A DNA stretch of 64,000 nt from an uncultured Bacilli bacterium (lineage in GTDB: Bacteria > Bacillota_I > Bacilli_A > RF39 > UBA660), in NCBI GenBank assembly GCA_934122275.1, contig CAKOWI010000001.1:64726-128725 (forward strand). The letters run 5' to 3'. Shown here piece by piece: positions 56,833-64,000 of this stretch. Below the pieces are notes generated by a model that was not told where the DNA came from, did no database searches, and saw only the letters and a list, made by a program, of their open reading frames with translations. Numbering within the stretch: the first letter of the stretch is position 1; each line of letters starts with the position of its first letter. Both the position numbers and the translations under genes were made by a program.

Positions 56833-57321
56833 ATGAAAAAGTTATTGATTTTAGTAGTGTGTTGTTTATGTTTGTGTGGGTGTGGTAATGACTTTGAAGG
56901 TTATAATTACAATTCGAGAACTTCTATAACTACGTCAAGTATTACAACATCAAGAAGTACTACACAGAAAACTAATATTACTGTCGAGAATAATGATTAT
57001 GATTTTGATATTTCTTTAAAAGAAATGTCAGAAATATATTACAACAACGAACTTGATGGAAACAAAAAGTTTTTTGGAAAAAAAGTAAAAACAAAGGCAA
57101 AATTCAATCAAGTAAGTACTGGAACTTTTAGTGGACTTATAGCATACTTTGATGAATTAGACTCAATATATGGTATTTATTGCGTTAGTTTTGACAAAAA
57201 AACAAAGAATAAATTAAATACGTTTAATCGTAATGAAGTTTTAACCGTAATAGGTACTGTTGACACATTATCAAGTTCCTCAATAAAGTTCAAAAATTGC
57301 AATATTAATAAATCATCTTAA
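56833..57321 (+). CDS. lipoprotein with OB-fold (tRNA_anti-like) domain; prophage moron
   Basis: 162 aa. Signal peptide plus lipobox MKKLLILVVCCLCLCGC. The mature part, ISLKEMSEIYYNNELDGNKKFFGKKVKT...VLTVIGTV, resembles the tRNA_anti-like OB family. It is the only plus-strand gene in the tail block. Confidence 0.7.
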   Translation: MKKLLILVVCCLCLCGCGNDFEGYNYNSRTSITTSSITTSRSTTQKTNITVENNDYDFDISLKEMSEIYYNNELDGNKKFFGKKVKTKAKFNQVSTGTFSGLIAYFDELDSIYGIYCVSFDKKTKNKLNTFNRNEVLTVIGTVDTLSSSSIKFKNCNINKSS

Positions 57322-57333
57322 ATTACTTTTTTA

Positions 57334-59499
57334 TCAAACTGGTATATTAATTGGACATACACCAGTTTGTTTTGTTCTTTGGTTTATTCTATCAACAATC
57401 GTTCCTTCATCGGTATGTACATGAACATCAATTTCACTAGATTGATTGTCAAATTGGCTCATAGCCTGTGACATTCCATTTATAATGAATTCTTGTAATA
57501 TTGAACAATCTGGATTAATATTTTTTATTGATTCTGGAATGTCATAATTTAAATTCAGTTTATATTTTGCATCCGCAAATGTTTTTTGTGTTTCTTCAAT
57601 TAAAGTTTCAGCTGTTCGTTTTAGTTTAGGGATTTCATCTTCCATTCCTGTTAATATACCATCTGTTGTATAATTACCTACTTTTGCATCTATTACAAGT
57701 CTAGATGGCGAATGTATTCCCAAAGCATCTTTTATACCGGATACAAAGGATTTACCCCAATTTTTTAATTTTCTTCCAAAACCAAACATACCATCAATTA
57801 TTCCATCTAATATATTGATGCCTAAGTGTTTCCAATCAATTTGTTTTATAGCATCTTTTGTTTTATTCCATAAATTGACACCAAAATTAGCAAGTGCTGT
57901 TCCTATATTCAATATTCCATTTACTATTCCAATCAACACTTTTTTACCTAATTCTAACCAATTAGTTTTCGTAATAGTTTTCCACATAGTTCCTACGGCT
58001 TGGCCAGCATAATAGAAAAATTTGTTTGGAAGTTCTTTCAACCAAGTAACGATTTCAGTCATTTTATTTATTGCTTTAGGAACAAAATCAATTATTGAGT
58101 TTATTATATTTTTTACTGCAGTTGCAAAAATTTCATTAACTTTTGAGAACCAAGTTTTCCAATTTTCGAATAAGTTTATAGCCATCTTTCCCATATCTTC
58201 AAAGGCTTTATTAAAATCGCCATGTATTAAATCAGAAATTATTTTACAAGTTCCACTTATAGTGTCAAAAATATTAGAAAATACAAATACAATAGTTTCA
58301 TATATTGTTTTGACTACAGCTACAACTTTTTCTTTCATAATATTCCATATAGGTTTAGTGATGCCCCATATTTCAGATACTGTAGATGTTATGACCCCAA
58401 ATAAATCCTTAAATAATCTGGACACAGATGATACCATATCGTTAACTTTATTTTTGAAAGTATCGTTTGTATTGTACGCATGTATTAAAGAACCAGTCAA
58501 AGCGACAACCCCTGCTATTATTAGTCCTAATGCGCCCGTTGAAATTCCTAAAGTTGAAGTCAATCCACTAAAACCACTAGACAGTAACCCAAGTTTGGAT
58601 GTTACGGATGTAAATACAGTTGATAATGTGCTGAATAATTTAGATATTCCAGTTAATTTTGCAAACTTACTTAAAATTCTAAATAAATTGACAAAACCTA
58701 ATGCAATACCTAAAGAGGCCCATAATTTTCCTTGAGTATTCAACCCTTTCCACCATTTAATGATGTTAGATAGTGTTTTATCAATTCCCCCATACTTCCA
58801 CGAAACTTCGCCAGTTAATGGGTCTATTTCTTTTGTAAAACCTAACCATTCCATTATTTTGTCTCTTATCTGAGTGGCTTTCATCTTAACTTTATCCATA
58901 CCATTATCGTAACCTTTAATGGCATCTAACAATCTCTGATCTATTCCACCAGATGTGCCTCCTGAGCCACTTGAACCACTTCCACTATTTTTGTTTTCGT
59001 CAATGTTATGTATCTCATCAAATCCCAAAACTTGTCTCTTTAATTCTTTGACTTTTTTACCTGCTTTGTCAGCACTACTACCCACTCCACCTAATGAATC
59101 AGTGTATTTATCTACTGATGCAATTCCAGTATTATAATCTTTTAATTTAATACCAAACATAGATGCTATTGCTTTTGTCACTTCTTTTATTACCATTAAT
59201 ATTGCATTGGCATACGGTAATATTTGAGCAAATGCACCAATAAACAGACTTGATAACGCAACCTTAGTTTCGGTTAACTGCTGTCTGAATATTTTCATTT
59301 GGTTACTTGGTGATTCCAAATTGTTTGCAAAGTCACCCATCGCTATGTTTGCTTGTTTTAATGTCGCTATATATCTAAGGATTTCTTTTTCAGCCTGAGA
59401 TAATTCTTTTACTTTTTTATCTATACCCAGTGAATCAAGTATAGGTTGCATTGATGTTTGAGTAACATCAATCCCATATGATCTTAAAGGCTTTGTTTG
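57334..59499 (-). CDS. tape measure protein, exon 2
   Basis: The reading frame continues from exon 1 (..EALRAGVYAG | QTKPLRSYGIDVTQ..). It has hydrophobic G/S/T-rich central segments typical of TMPs. There is no RBS before the track's ATG at 59511. The exact 3' splice site (59499 or 59508) is unresolved. Confidence 0.75.
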   Translation of the reverse strand, partial: QTKPLRSYGIDVTQTSMQPILDSLGIDKKVKELSQAEKEILRYIATLKQANIAMGDFANNLESPSNQMKIFRQQLTETKVALSSLFIGAFAQILPYANAILMVIKEVTKAIASMFGIKLKDYNTGIASVDKYTDSLGGVGSSADKAGKKVKELKRQVLGFDEIHNIDENKNSGSGSSGSGGTSGGIDQRLLDAIKGYDNGMDKVKMKATQIRDKIMEWLGFTKEIDPLTGEVSWKYGGIDKTLSNIIKWWKGLNTQGKLWASLGIALGFVNLFRILSKFAKLTGISKLFSTLSTVFTSVTSKLGLLSSGFSGLTSTLGISTGALGLIIAGVVALTGSLIHAYNTNDTFKNKVNDMVSSVSRLFKDLFGVITSTVSEIWGITKPIWNIMKEKVVAVVKTIYETIVFVFSNIFDTISGTCKIISDLIHGDFNKAFEDMGKMAINLFENWKTWFSKVNEIFATAVKNIINSIIDFVPKAINKMTEIVTWLKELPNKFFYYAGQAVGTMWKTITKTNWLELGKKVLIGIVNGILNIGTALANFGVNLWNKTKDAIKQIDWKHLGINILDGIIDGMFGFGRKLKNWGKSFVSGIKDALGIHSPSRLVIDAKVGNYTTDGILTGMEDEIPKLKRTAETLIEETQKTFADAKYKLNLNYDIPESIKNINPDCSILQEFIINGMSQAMSQFDNQSSEIDVHVHTDEGTIVDRINQRTKQTGVCPINIPV

Positions 59500-60336
59500 C
59501 ATTACATTCATATAAGTTCGCTACTCTTATACCGTTCTCCTACGAACTGCTATATATTTCCATATAGATTAGACTATATCTTCATCTTTTCAGATGTTCC
59601 CCACTTCCACTCGCTTGAGTGTACTCCGACGCCTCGGATAGTCGTTAGCGGTTTCTTAACAATATTTCCAAATATAATTTTTATGTTGTTTCTTTTCACC
59701 ACGGCATACTTCTGAAATATGTCCTTGCGAAAAACCGGTTTGTCTTTTCGCTTCATTTGCTGATGGGTATATTTTAATTAATTTCATATCCATATCATAT
59801 TGAGCCACTTTTTTTGAACAACCATCATTTTTCATAATTCTTAATTTGTTTTTTAATGCGTGATTATTCTGTTCCTTTACAGTTGCCCATTCAAGATTAG
59901 AAATACAATTATTTTGTTTGTTTCCGTCTATGTGATTTACTGTTGGTTTGTTTTCCAAATTTGGAATAAACTCAATAGCAACTAGTCTGTGAACTCTTCT
60001 ATATATTCTTCTATTGTTTTCACATAAGCAAACTCTAAAATAATTATCCTTATCTTTAAAATTTTTTAAATTTCTATATCCATTCGCTAATTTTTTCCTT
60101 ACATTTCCCAAGTTTGATATTTCGTAAGTTTTCGTTTCTGATATAGTTTTCCATGTTTCTTTCATAAGTTATCACCAACTTATGTGTATCACATTATCCA
60201 CTACACTTTCACTACAGTCTACATATATTGTTAAGATTTCCGACGGGATTGCCTTCAACTTTACTTGGTAAGGTGTTCCCCGTTTTCAAGGAATTGTTTT
60301 TGTATATTATTTCTAATACACCGAGCCATTTTATTA
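59500..60336 (-). mobile_element. group I intron carrying an HNH homing endonuclease
   Basis: P1 can form between the exon end CGGGU and the intron GCUCG, with a U.G pair at the splice site. P7 candidates are GACTAT (59643-59638) / ATAGTC (59577-59572) within the hallmark AAGATATAGTC box also present in the Tetrahymena intron. A P8-like hairpin CACTC-AAGC-GAGTG is present. The ORF is looped out 5' of P7. Confidence 0.75.
59656..60165 (-). CDS. HNH homing endonuclease (NUMOD4 + HNH_3 + IENR/NUMOD1-like tail)
   Basis: 169 aa with WKTISETKTYEISNLGNVRK (NUMOD4), HRLVAIEFIPN...VNHIDGNKQNNCISNLEW (HNH), and a C-terminal YPSANEAKRQTGFSQGHISEVCRG. Confidence 0.85.
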   Translation of the reverse strand: MKETWKTISETKTYEISNLGNVRKKLANGYRNLKNFKDKDNYFRVCLCENNRRIYRRVHRLVAIEFIPNLENKPTVNHIDGNKQNNCISNLEWATVKEQNNHALKNKLRIMKNDGCSKKVAQYDMDMKLIKIYPSANEAKRQTGFSQGHISEVCRGEKKQHKNYIWKYC

Positions 60337-60960
60337 ACCCGCGTATACGCCAGCCCTTAATGCTTCCGCGACCTTATCTTCGCTTTTGTTATATAATGAC
60401 GCCAAATCATAAGTTAATTTAGTCATTGTTTCAGACATTATTGCAGAATATTTATCTTTTATACCAACAGTCTCACCCATTGATTGAAATATACCTTGCA
60501 TATATAATGTCTCTGTTTTATTAGTTCCAAATTTTTCATTTAGTTTATATTGAAACTGTGTTGCTGATTTGCCTAATTCTGAAAATGTTTGTTTTCCATT
60601 TTTTTCAATATTGTCAAATACAACATTAAACAAGTTCAATTGTTCAGTATAATCAACTGCTTCATTCATCCAACCAAGTAATGATTGTGTTAGTCTTTTA
60701 ACACCAGTAAAAGTAAATACCGACTTTAATGCACTTCCAAGTTTATCCGTACTAGATGTTGTCTTGTCAATCGTATTTTTTAGCTGATTAACATTTGAGT
60801 TAGCATTATTAACAGAACCAGTTTTCAATTTACTGTCAATGCTAGAAACAGTTCGTTCCAAATTAGTTAACTTTGATACTAGTTTATCAACATTTGATAA
60901 CGCTTCTTGGGCTTTTGATTGAATTTGGAGTTCTAATGTTTGTTCATTCATTCTTTTCAC
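60337..60960 (-). CDS. tape measure protein, exon 1
   Basis: 207 codons with an N-terminal coiled coil, ending ..ALRAGVYAG directly before in-frame TAATAA, which I interpret as the intron 5' end. Confidence 0.75.
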
Positions 60961-61315
60961 CTACCTTTTTGGTCGTTCCCTTTTCGGTAGTGCTATTTTT
61001 AAATTTATTTTGTATTTCAGTTATTCGCCCTTTTAACTTAGCCACTAATATATCACTTTCATTTTTTATTTCTTTTTTAGTATCAAAGCCATATGGTTTT
61101 TTAGAGTATTCAACATTTGCCTTACAAAAAGTTTTGCTAAGTGCCACTATAAGTGCTTCAAGATTATACGCACCTTGTAAGTGGGCTCTCGAGTTAAATA
61201 TCTCTTGTTCTTCTTTTTGTCTTGAATAATAAGAAAAACGGTATGCCCAGAATAGGTCTGGGTTATCTTCCCAAAACTCTTTCACAGACATACCGTATGT
61301 AATTGCCATAGGCAA
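60944..61315 (-). CDS. tail assembly chaperone, frameshift extension (T part of G/GT)
   Basis: This frame is -1 relative to the upstream chaperone and stays open from about 61458 through the G stop codon to 60944. The track start is a TTG. Confidence 0.45.
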   Translation of the reverse strand: MPMAITYGMSVKEFWEDNPDLFWAYRFSYYSRQKEEQEIFNSRAHLQGAYNLEALIVALSKTFCKANVEYSKKPYGFDTKKEIKNESDILVAKLKGRITEIQNKFKNSTTEKGTTKKVGEKNE

Positions 61316-61380
61316 TAAATCATAAAACCAATCTGTTAAGTTTTTATATTGCTTGCCTTTGTCTTCATTAGTGTCTTCGT

Positions 61381-61719
61381 CTAAGCTTCGATTATCTCTA
61401 GTTCCTCGTTGTTCTCCGTCGAGTCTATATCGGCTAGGGCACTCATAAAAGATTGATATTCTTCAATGGCAAACTTAACTACTTTGGCTGGATTTTTACC
61501 ACTTTTTTGATAAGTTTCCATTAATTTAAGTGCTAAATTAGGATTAACATCTTTATGATTAGCAACGAATAAACTTGTCCATACCAAGTCATAAAATGTA
61601 ACTGGCTTTTTATCAAACTCTTCTATACTAAAACCCATTGCTTCAAGCCATTTAATACTATCCCTATTCATTTCTAAAGTATAATCTTTGTCATTAATTT
61701 TTAATTTTAATTTCTTCAT
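61381..61719 (-). CDS. tail assembly chaperone (G)
   Basis: 112 aa in the canonical position between the major tail protein and the tape measure. Confidence 0.55.
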   Translation of the reverse strand: MKKLKLKINDKDYTLEMNRDSIKWLEAMGFSIEEFDKKPVTFYDLVWTSLFVANHKDVNPNLALKLMETYQKSGKNPAKVVKFAIEEYQSFMSALADIDSTENNEELEIIEA

Positions 61720-61743
61720 TGTCTTTCCCTACTTTCATTATTA

Positions 61744-62172
61744 CTAGTTTGTTTCTATTAATGCTGTAACTTCTGTTGTTGTTTTATATGCTGGAGCAAC
61801 ACTTGGTACTGTGTGTAATGTACATTCAATTACACCACCAACAGAAACTTCATTAATCCAAGTTTGTAATGAGCCTTTATATTGAACTCCTGTTCCATCT
61901 GGTAACTTGATTAATATATCTTTTTGTGTATTGTCACATTCTGCTTTTACTGCTGTTAAATTAGCATCACTATAGTTATAAGTGAAATCCATTTCTCCAG
62001 TATCTGCTCTATCAGCAACATATACTTTAACAGTGTCACTTGATGTAGTAGTCTCTACTGTTCCACCTGCTTGTCCAGTTGCAGGCATACCTTTAACTGC
62101 TACTAATTTTTCTTTTGGGAATTTTGCGTCAGTTGTATCTTTAACTCTAATTTCAATACCTAAATCTATCAT
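61744..62172 (-). CDS. major tail protein
   Basis: 142 aa, T/V/G-rich and beta-rich, placed before the chaperones, with a strong RBS. Confidence 0.6.
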   Translation of the reverse strand: MIDLGIEIRVKDTTDAKFPKEKLVAVKGMPATGQAGGTVETTTSSDTVKVYVADRADTGEMDFTYNYSDANLTAVKAECDNTQKDILIKLPDGTGVQYKGSLQTWINEVSVGGVIECTLHTVPSVAPAYKTTTEVTALIETN

Positions 62173-62226
62173 TATTTATTCACCTCTCATTGTAATTTCC
62201 CTTACAATTTGAAGTGCTACATTTGT

Positions 62227-62658
62227 TTAATTCGGATAAATAACTAAATTATCTAATCCATATTTTGTATCTAACTTGCCAGTTATTTTAACTATATTTC
62301 TATGTACATTAGAATCAGCATTTATTGCGTCTAATTCTGTTTTAATGGTTACATGATAATTATTTTTGAAATAATTAACTACATGTTTAGTAACTTCATT
62401 ACAGACAGTTCTTTTTGATGCTTTTCCACTTGTCATTGAATAAACATTTATTTCAATACCGAATGTATAAGTTTCTTCTCCATAACTTAAATTATTATAT
62501 TTATTAGTTACTGGAAGTAATTTAACTGGTACTATAGGAAATACTTTGCTTTGTTGTGGCATTGCTTTTGTAACTGTTGGTTTATATATTGATTTTTCTT
62601 CAACATATTTTTTTAATTCTGGGAAGATTTTATCTTCAAATATATTTTCAACTATCAA
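62227..62658 (-). CDS. tail terminator / tail completion protein
   Basis: 143 aa, assigned from its position in the head-tail joining module. Confidence 0.45.
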   Translation of the reverse strand: MIVENIFEDKIFPELKKYVEEKSIYKPTVTKAMPQQSKVFPIVPVKLLPVTNKYNNLSYGEETYTFGIEINVYSMTSGKASKRTVCNEVTKHVVNYFKNNYHVTIKTELDAINADSNVHRNIVKITGKLDTKYGLDNLVIYPN

Positions 62659-63164
62659 TATAAATCACCTACTGTCTTTCTTATTTCAATGTCAACTATG
62701 TTTCCTATTTCACTTTTAATATCTTGAAATGCACTATAGAACATATGCCTACTTGGTAAACCTCTAGTCCAACCATAAGTACCATCTTCTTTAGGATACT
62801 TCCAACCTTTTTCACCATGTTCATTAACATCATATTTCCATGATTTAAAAGGTCCATCTGGATTAGGATGAGGATTATTAGAACCTACAATTCCTGTACC
62901 CATTTCGTTAAAAATGATAACCATATCATTAGTCCATACTCTACCTGTTTTTGTATCATCATCATATTGCCACTGTATTTGACTTGTATGATTAGAAATA
63001 CCATTAGCATAGCAATGTTCTAGCACCTTGTTATACATCATCTCTGTGGCATATTTAACAGCATTGTCAACACCTTTTGAGTAGGCTTGATAATACTTAT
63101 TCAGTAAATTTTTTGCTTGTTTTAGGCTTTCTTTTGATAATTCCATCGTTAGAACTGTTTTCAT
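62655..63164 (-). CDS. HK97 gp10-like head-tail joining protein
   Basis: 169 aa, assigned from position and size. The true start may be the internal Met (MELSKE...). Confidence 0.5.
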   Translation of the reverse strand: MKTVLTMELSKESLKQAKNLLNKYYQAYSKGVDNAVKYATEMMYNKVLEHCYANGISNHTSQIQWQYDDDTKTGRVWTNDMVIIFNEMGTGIVGSNNPHPNPDGPFKSWKYDVNEHGEKGWKYPKEDGTYGWTRGLPSRHMFYSAFQDIKSEIGNIVDIEIRKTVGDLY

Positions 63165-63306
63165 TTTCTACTTTAGCCTCTTTTGTTTTTTCCTCTACAA
63201 GTTTATAACCTGTTTTAATGTAATCATCTCTTGTTTTTTCATCAAAAACTACTATTCCATTTGTAAATTTGTACATATTGCACCTACTTTCCTGTAAGTT
63301 TTTCAA
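63097..63306 (-). CDS. small phage hypothetical protein
   Basis: 69-aa ORF overlapping both neighbours. Coding status is uncertain. Confidence 0.3.
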   Translation of the reverse strand: MKNLQESRCNMYKFTNGIVVFDEKTRDDYIKTGYKLVEEKTKEAKVENENSSNDGIIKRKPKTSKKFTE

Positions 63307-63667
63307 AATATATAATTATAACTGAATTACCATCTCTTGGTGGTAATAATCTATAGTTAGCATTATCTCCATGATTTTCTTCTCCTTCTGGTGTTGCACC
63401 ATCAAGATAAGCCACATCAAACTCTTTAAATTGACCTTGATATGATATAGGAATAACTGCTTTTTTCATAACACTTGCTTTTTCTCCAAACTCTGCAATA
63501 TCAGCATCAGTATTGACTGGTTGATAATTAAATTTATATGGCTTATTATTTGGCTTATCGTATACATTAATCTCATTACCTTCAATATCTAACTGCGTAC
63601 CACTTTTACTTGCTATATAAACATCTTTAACCCATTTTTCAGGGTCTATATTAACTATTGGTATCAT
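63284..63667 (-). CDS. head-tail adaptor / head closure protein
   Basis: 127 aa, assigned from its position after the gp6-like connector. Confidence 0.5.
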   Translation of the reverse strand: MIPIVNIDPEKWVKDVYIASKSGTQLDIEGNEINVYDKPNNKPYKFNYQPVNTDADIAEFGEKASVMKKAVIPISYQGQFKEFDVAYLDGATPEGEENHGDNANYRLLPPRDGNSVIIIYFEKLTGK

Positions 63668-63984
63668 TTAGGAATACCCGCCTTTGGCACTAATTCTCCT
63701 AATAAATCACTTGATAATAATGAAGTTAAAAATTGAACTGACAATCCATTTTCACTATAAGATTGATATCCAATTCTTTCCATTGCTTTATATAATTCAG
63801 TAGCACATCTTGTTTGCCAATTTGCTAATCGTTTGTTATTTTTAGCATCTATTGTTGTTTTTGTTAAATCATAAGGATAAAGTGTATTTAGAGCTACAAT
63901 TTCTGCGTCATCTAGCTTTAATTTAAACACATCATCTTTTGACTGGTTGGCTACATCGCCTAAGATTTCTAGTCGCATTTTCAT
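63664..63984 (-). CDS. gp6-like head-tail connector protein
   Basis: 106 aa. The N-terminal pattern DDVFKLKLDDAEIVALNTLYPYD is typical of the phage gp6-like connector family. Confidence 0.55.
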   Translation of the reverse strand: MKMRLEILGDVANQSKDDVFKLKLDDAEIVALNTLYPYDLTKTTIDAKNNKRLANWQTRCATELYKAMERIGYQSYSENGLSVQFLTSLLSSDLLGELVPKAGIPK

Positions 63985-64000
63985 TAATTGTTCATCTTGA

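Larger units (their letters stand above)
45918..64000. mobile_element. siphovirus-like prophage, lysis + tail + head-tail joining half (continues beyond the window)
   Basis: A contiguous minus-strand block of connector, tail, tape measure, fibre and lysis genes, ending at the tRNA-fragment junction. Confidence 0.85.

Noticed and set aside
58022-58735. 237-aa ORF (plus 57815-58012 and 58955-59137) antisense to the tape measure gene
   Set aside because: These are shadow ORFs inside TMP exon 2. The sense frame has typical TMP composition and continuity.
59497-60422. Track ORFs 59497-59715, 59574-59756 and 60228-60422
   Set aside because: They lie in the structured 5' and 3' RNA parts of the proposed group I intron, not in its endonuclease ORF. 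There are no RBSs, and the sequence is better explained as the ribozyme core.
6789-62212. Remaining short track ORFs antisense to annotated genes: 6789-7097, 7128-7373, 8012-8257, 8327-8542, 13036-13401, 14632-14862, 22612-22824, 27633-27815, 30944-31318, 31570-31758, 32290-32661, 33510-33899, 34545-34727, 34926-35108, 36839-37276, 40580-40792, 44807-45061, 47834-48067, 48457-48708, 49289-49504, 49603-49800, 51170-51367, 52176-52391, 54847-55107, 60873-61229, 61982-62212
   Set aside because: Each is nested in or overlaps a longer opposite-strand ORF with a clear family signature or phage-module context. All have low-complexity composition and no SD sequence.
1-64000. CRISPR arrays, rRNA genes, transposases or IS elements
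   Set aside because: I found no regularly spaced direct repeats with unique spacers, no rRNA-like conserved stretches, and no DDE or serine/tyrosine recombinase motifs in any long ORF of this window.

Overview
This is an AT-rich chromosomal segment from an endospore-forming low-GC Firmicute. It carries cotJ-type and CotY/Z-type coat genes and two FtsW/RodA/SpoVE paralogs. The taxon cannot be fixed from the sequence alone. All family calls come from motif recognition by eye; no HMM or BLAST search was run. (1) 1-16.6 kb is housekeeping: a DHH phosphoesterase, tex, tRNA-Lys and tRNA-Val, proS, an eight-gene NAD salvage / ADP-ribose recycling operon ending in an NrtR-like regulator with palindromic operators over a consensus promoter, cotJ(A)B-cotJC, and a DUF21-CBS transporter. 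(2) 16.6-24.4 kb is an accessory hotspot lying 3' of a tRNA-Gly(TCC) gene. It starts with a retron: promoter, msr/msd-like ncRNA with a1/a2 repeats and a long msd hairpin, and a 315-aa RT with NAxxH and VTG motifs but no co-transcribed effector. Three integrase-less cassettes follow. Each is bounded by a copy of the tRNA 3' end (TGGAGC), and cassettes 1 and 3 share a conserved promoter module on the left and a terminator module on the right. Cassette 1 encodes a deoxyribonucleotidase-nucleoside hydrolase fusion, a 2H phosphoesterase and an HD phosphohydrolase, and is my best candidate for an undescribed nucleotide-targeting system. Cassette 2 encodes a DUF1835-like protein. Cassette 3 encodes an Abi-alpha-like protein plus a metallophosphoesterase. 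(3) 24.5-45.6 kb is core genome: rodA/ftsW paralogs, a two-component system, pnp, rpsO, truB, rbfA, glyA, infB, ylxR, nusA, a short rimP, a CPBP protease, an orphan histidine kinase and a CotY/Z-like protein. The nusA-infB-pnp block shows unusual insertions (glyA, a GNAT-kinase membrane protein and a coiled-coil protein). (4) 45.9-64.0 kb is the lysis, tail and head-tail-joining half of a siphovirus-like prophage that runs off the window. Its left junction is marked by a 24-nt tRNA 3' fragment. Its tape measure gene is split by a group I intron carrying an HNH homing endonuclease. It also has a reverse-strand lipoprotein moron and tandem SGNH esterases in the tail-fibre module. No CRISPR array or rRNA was seen.
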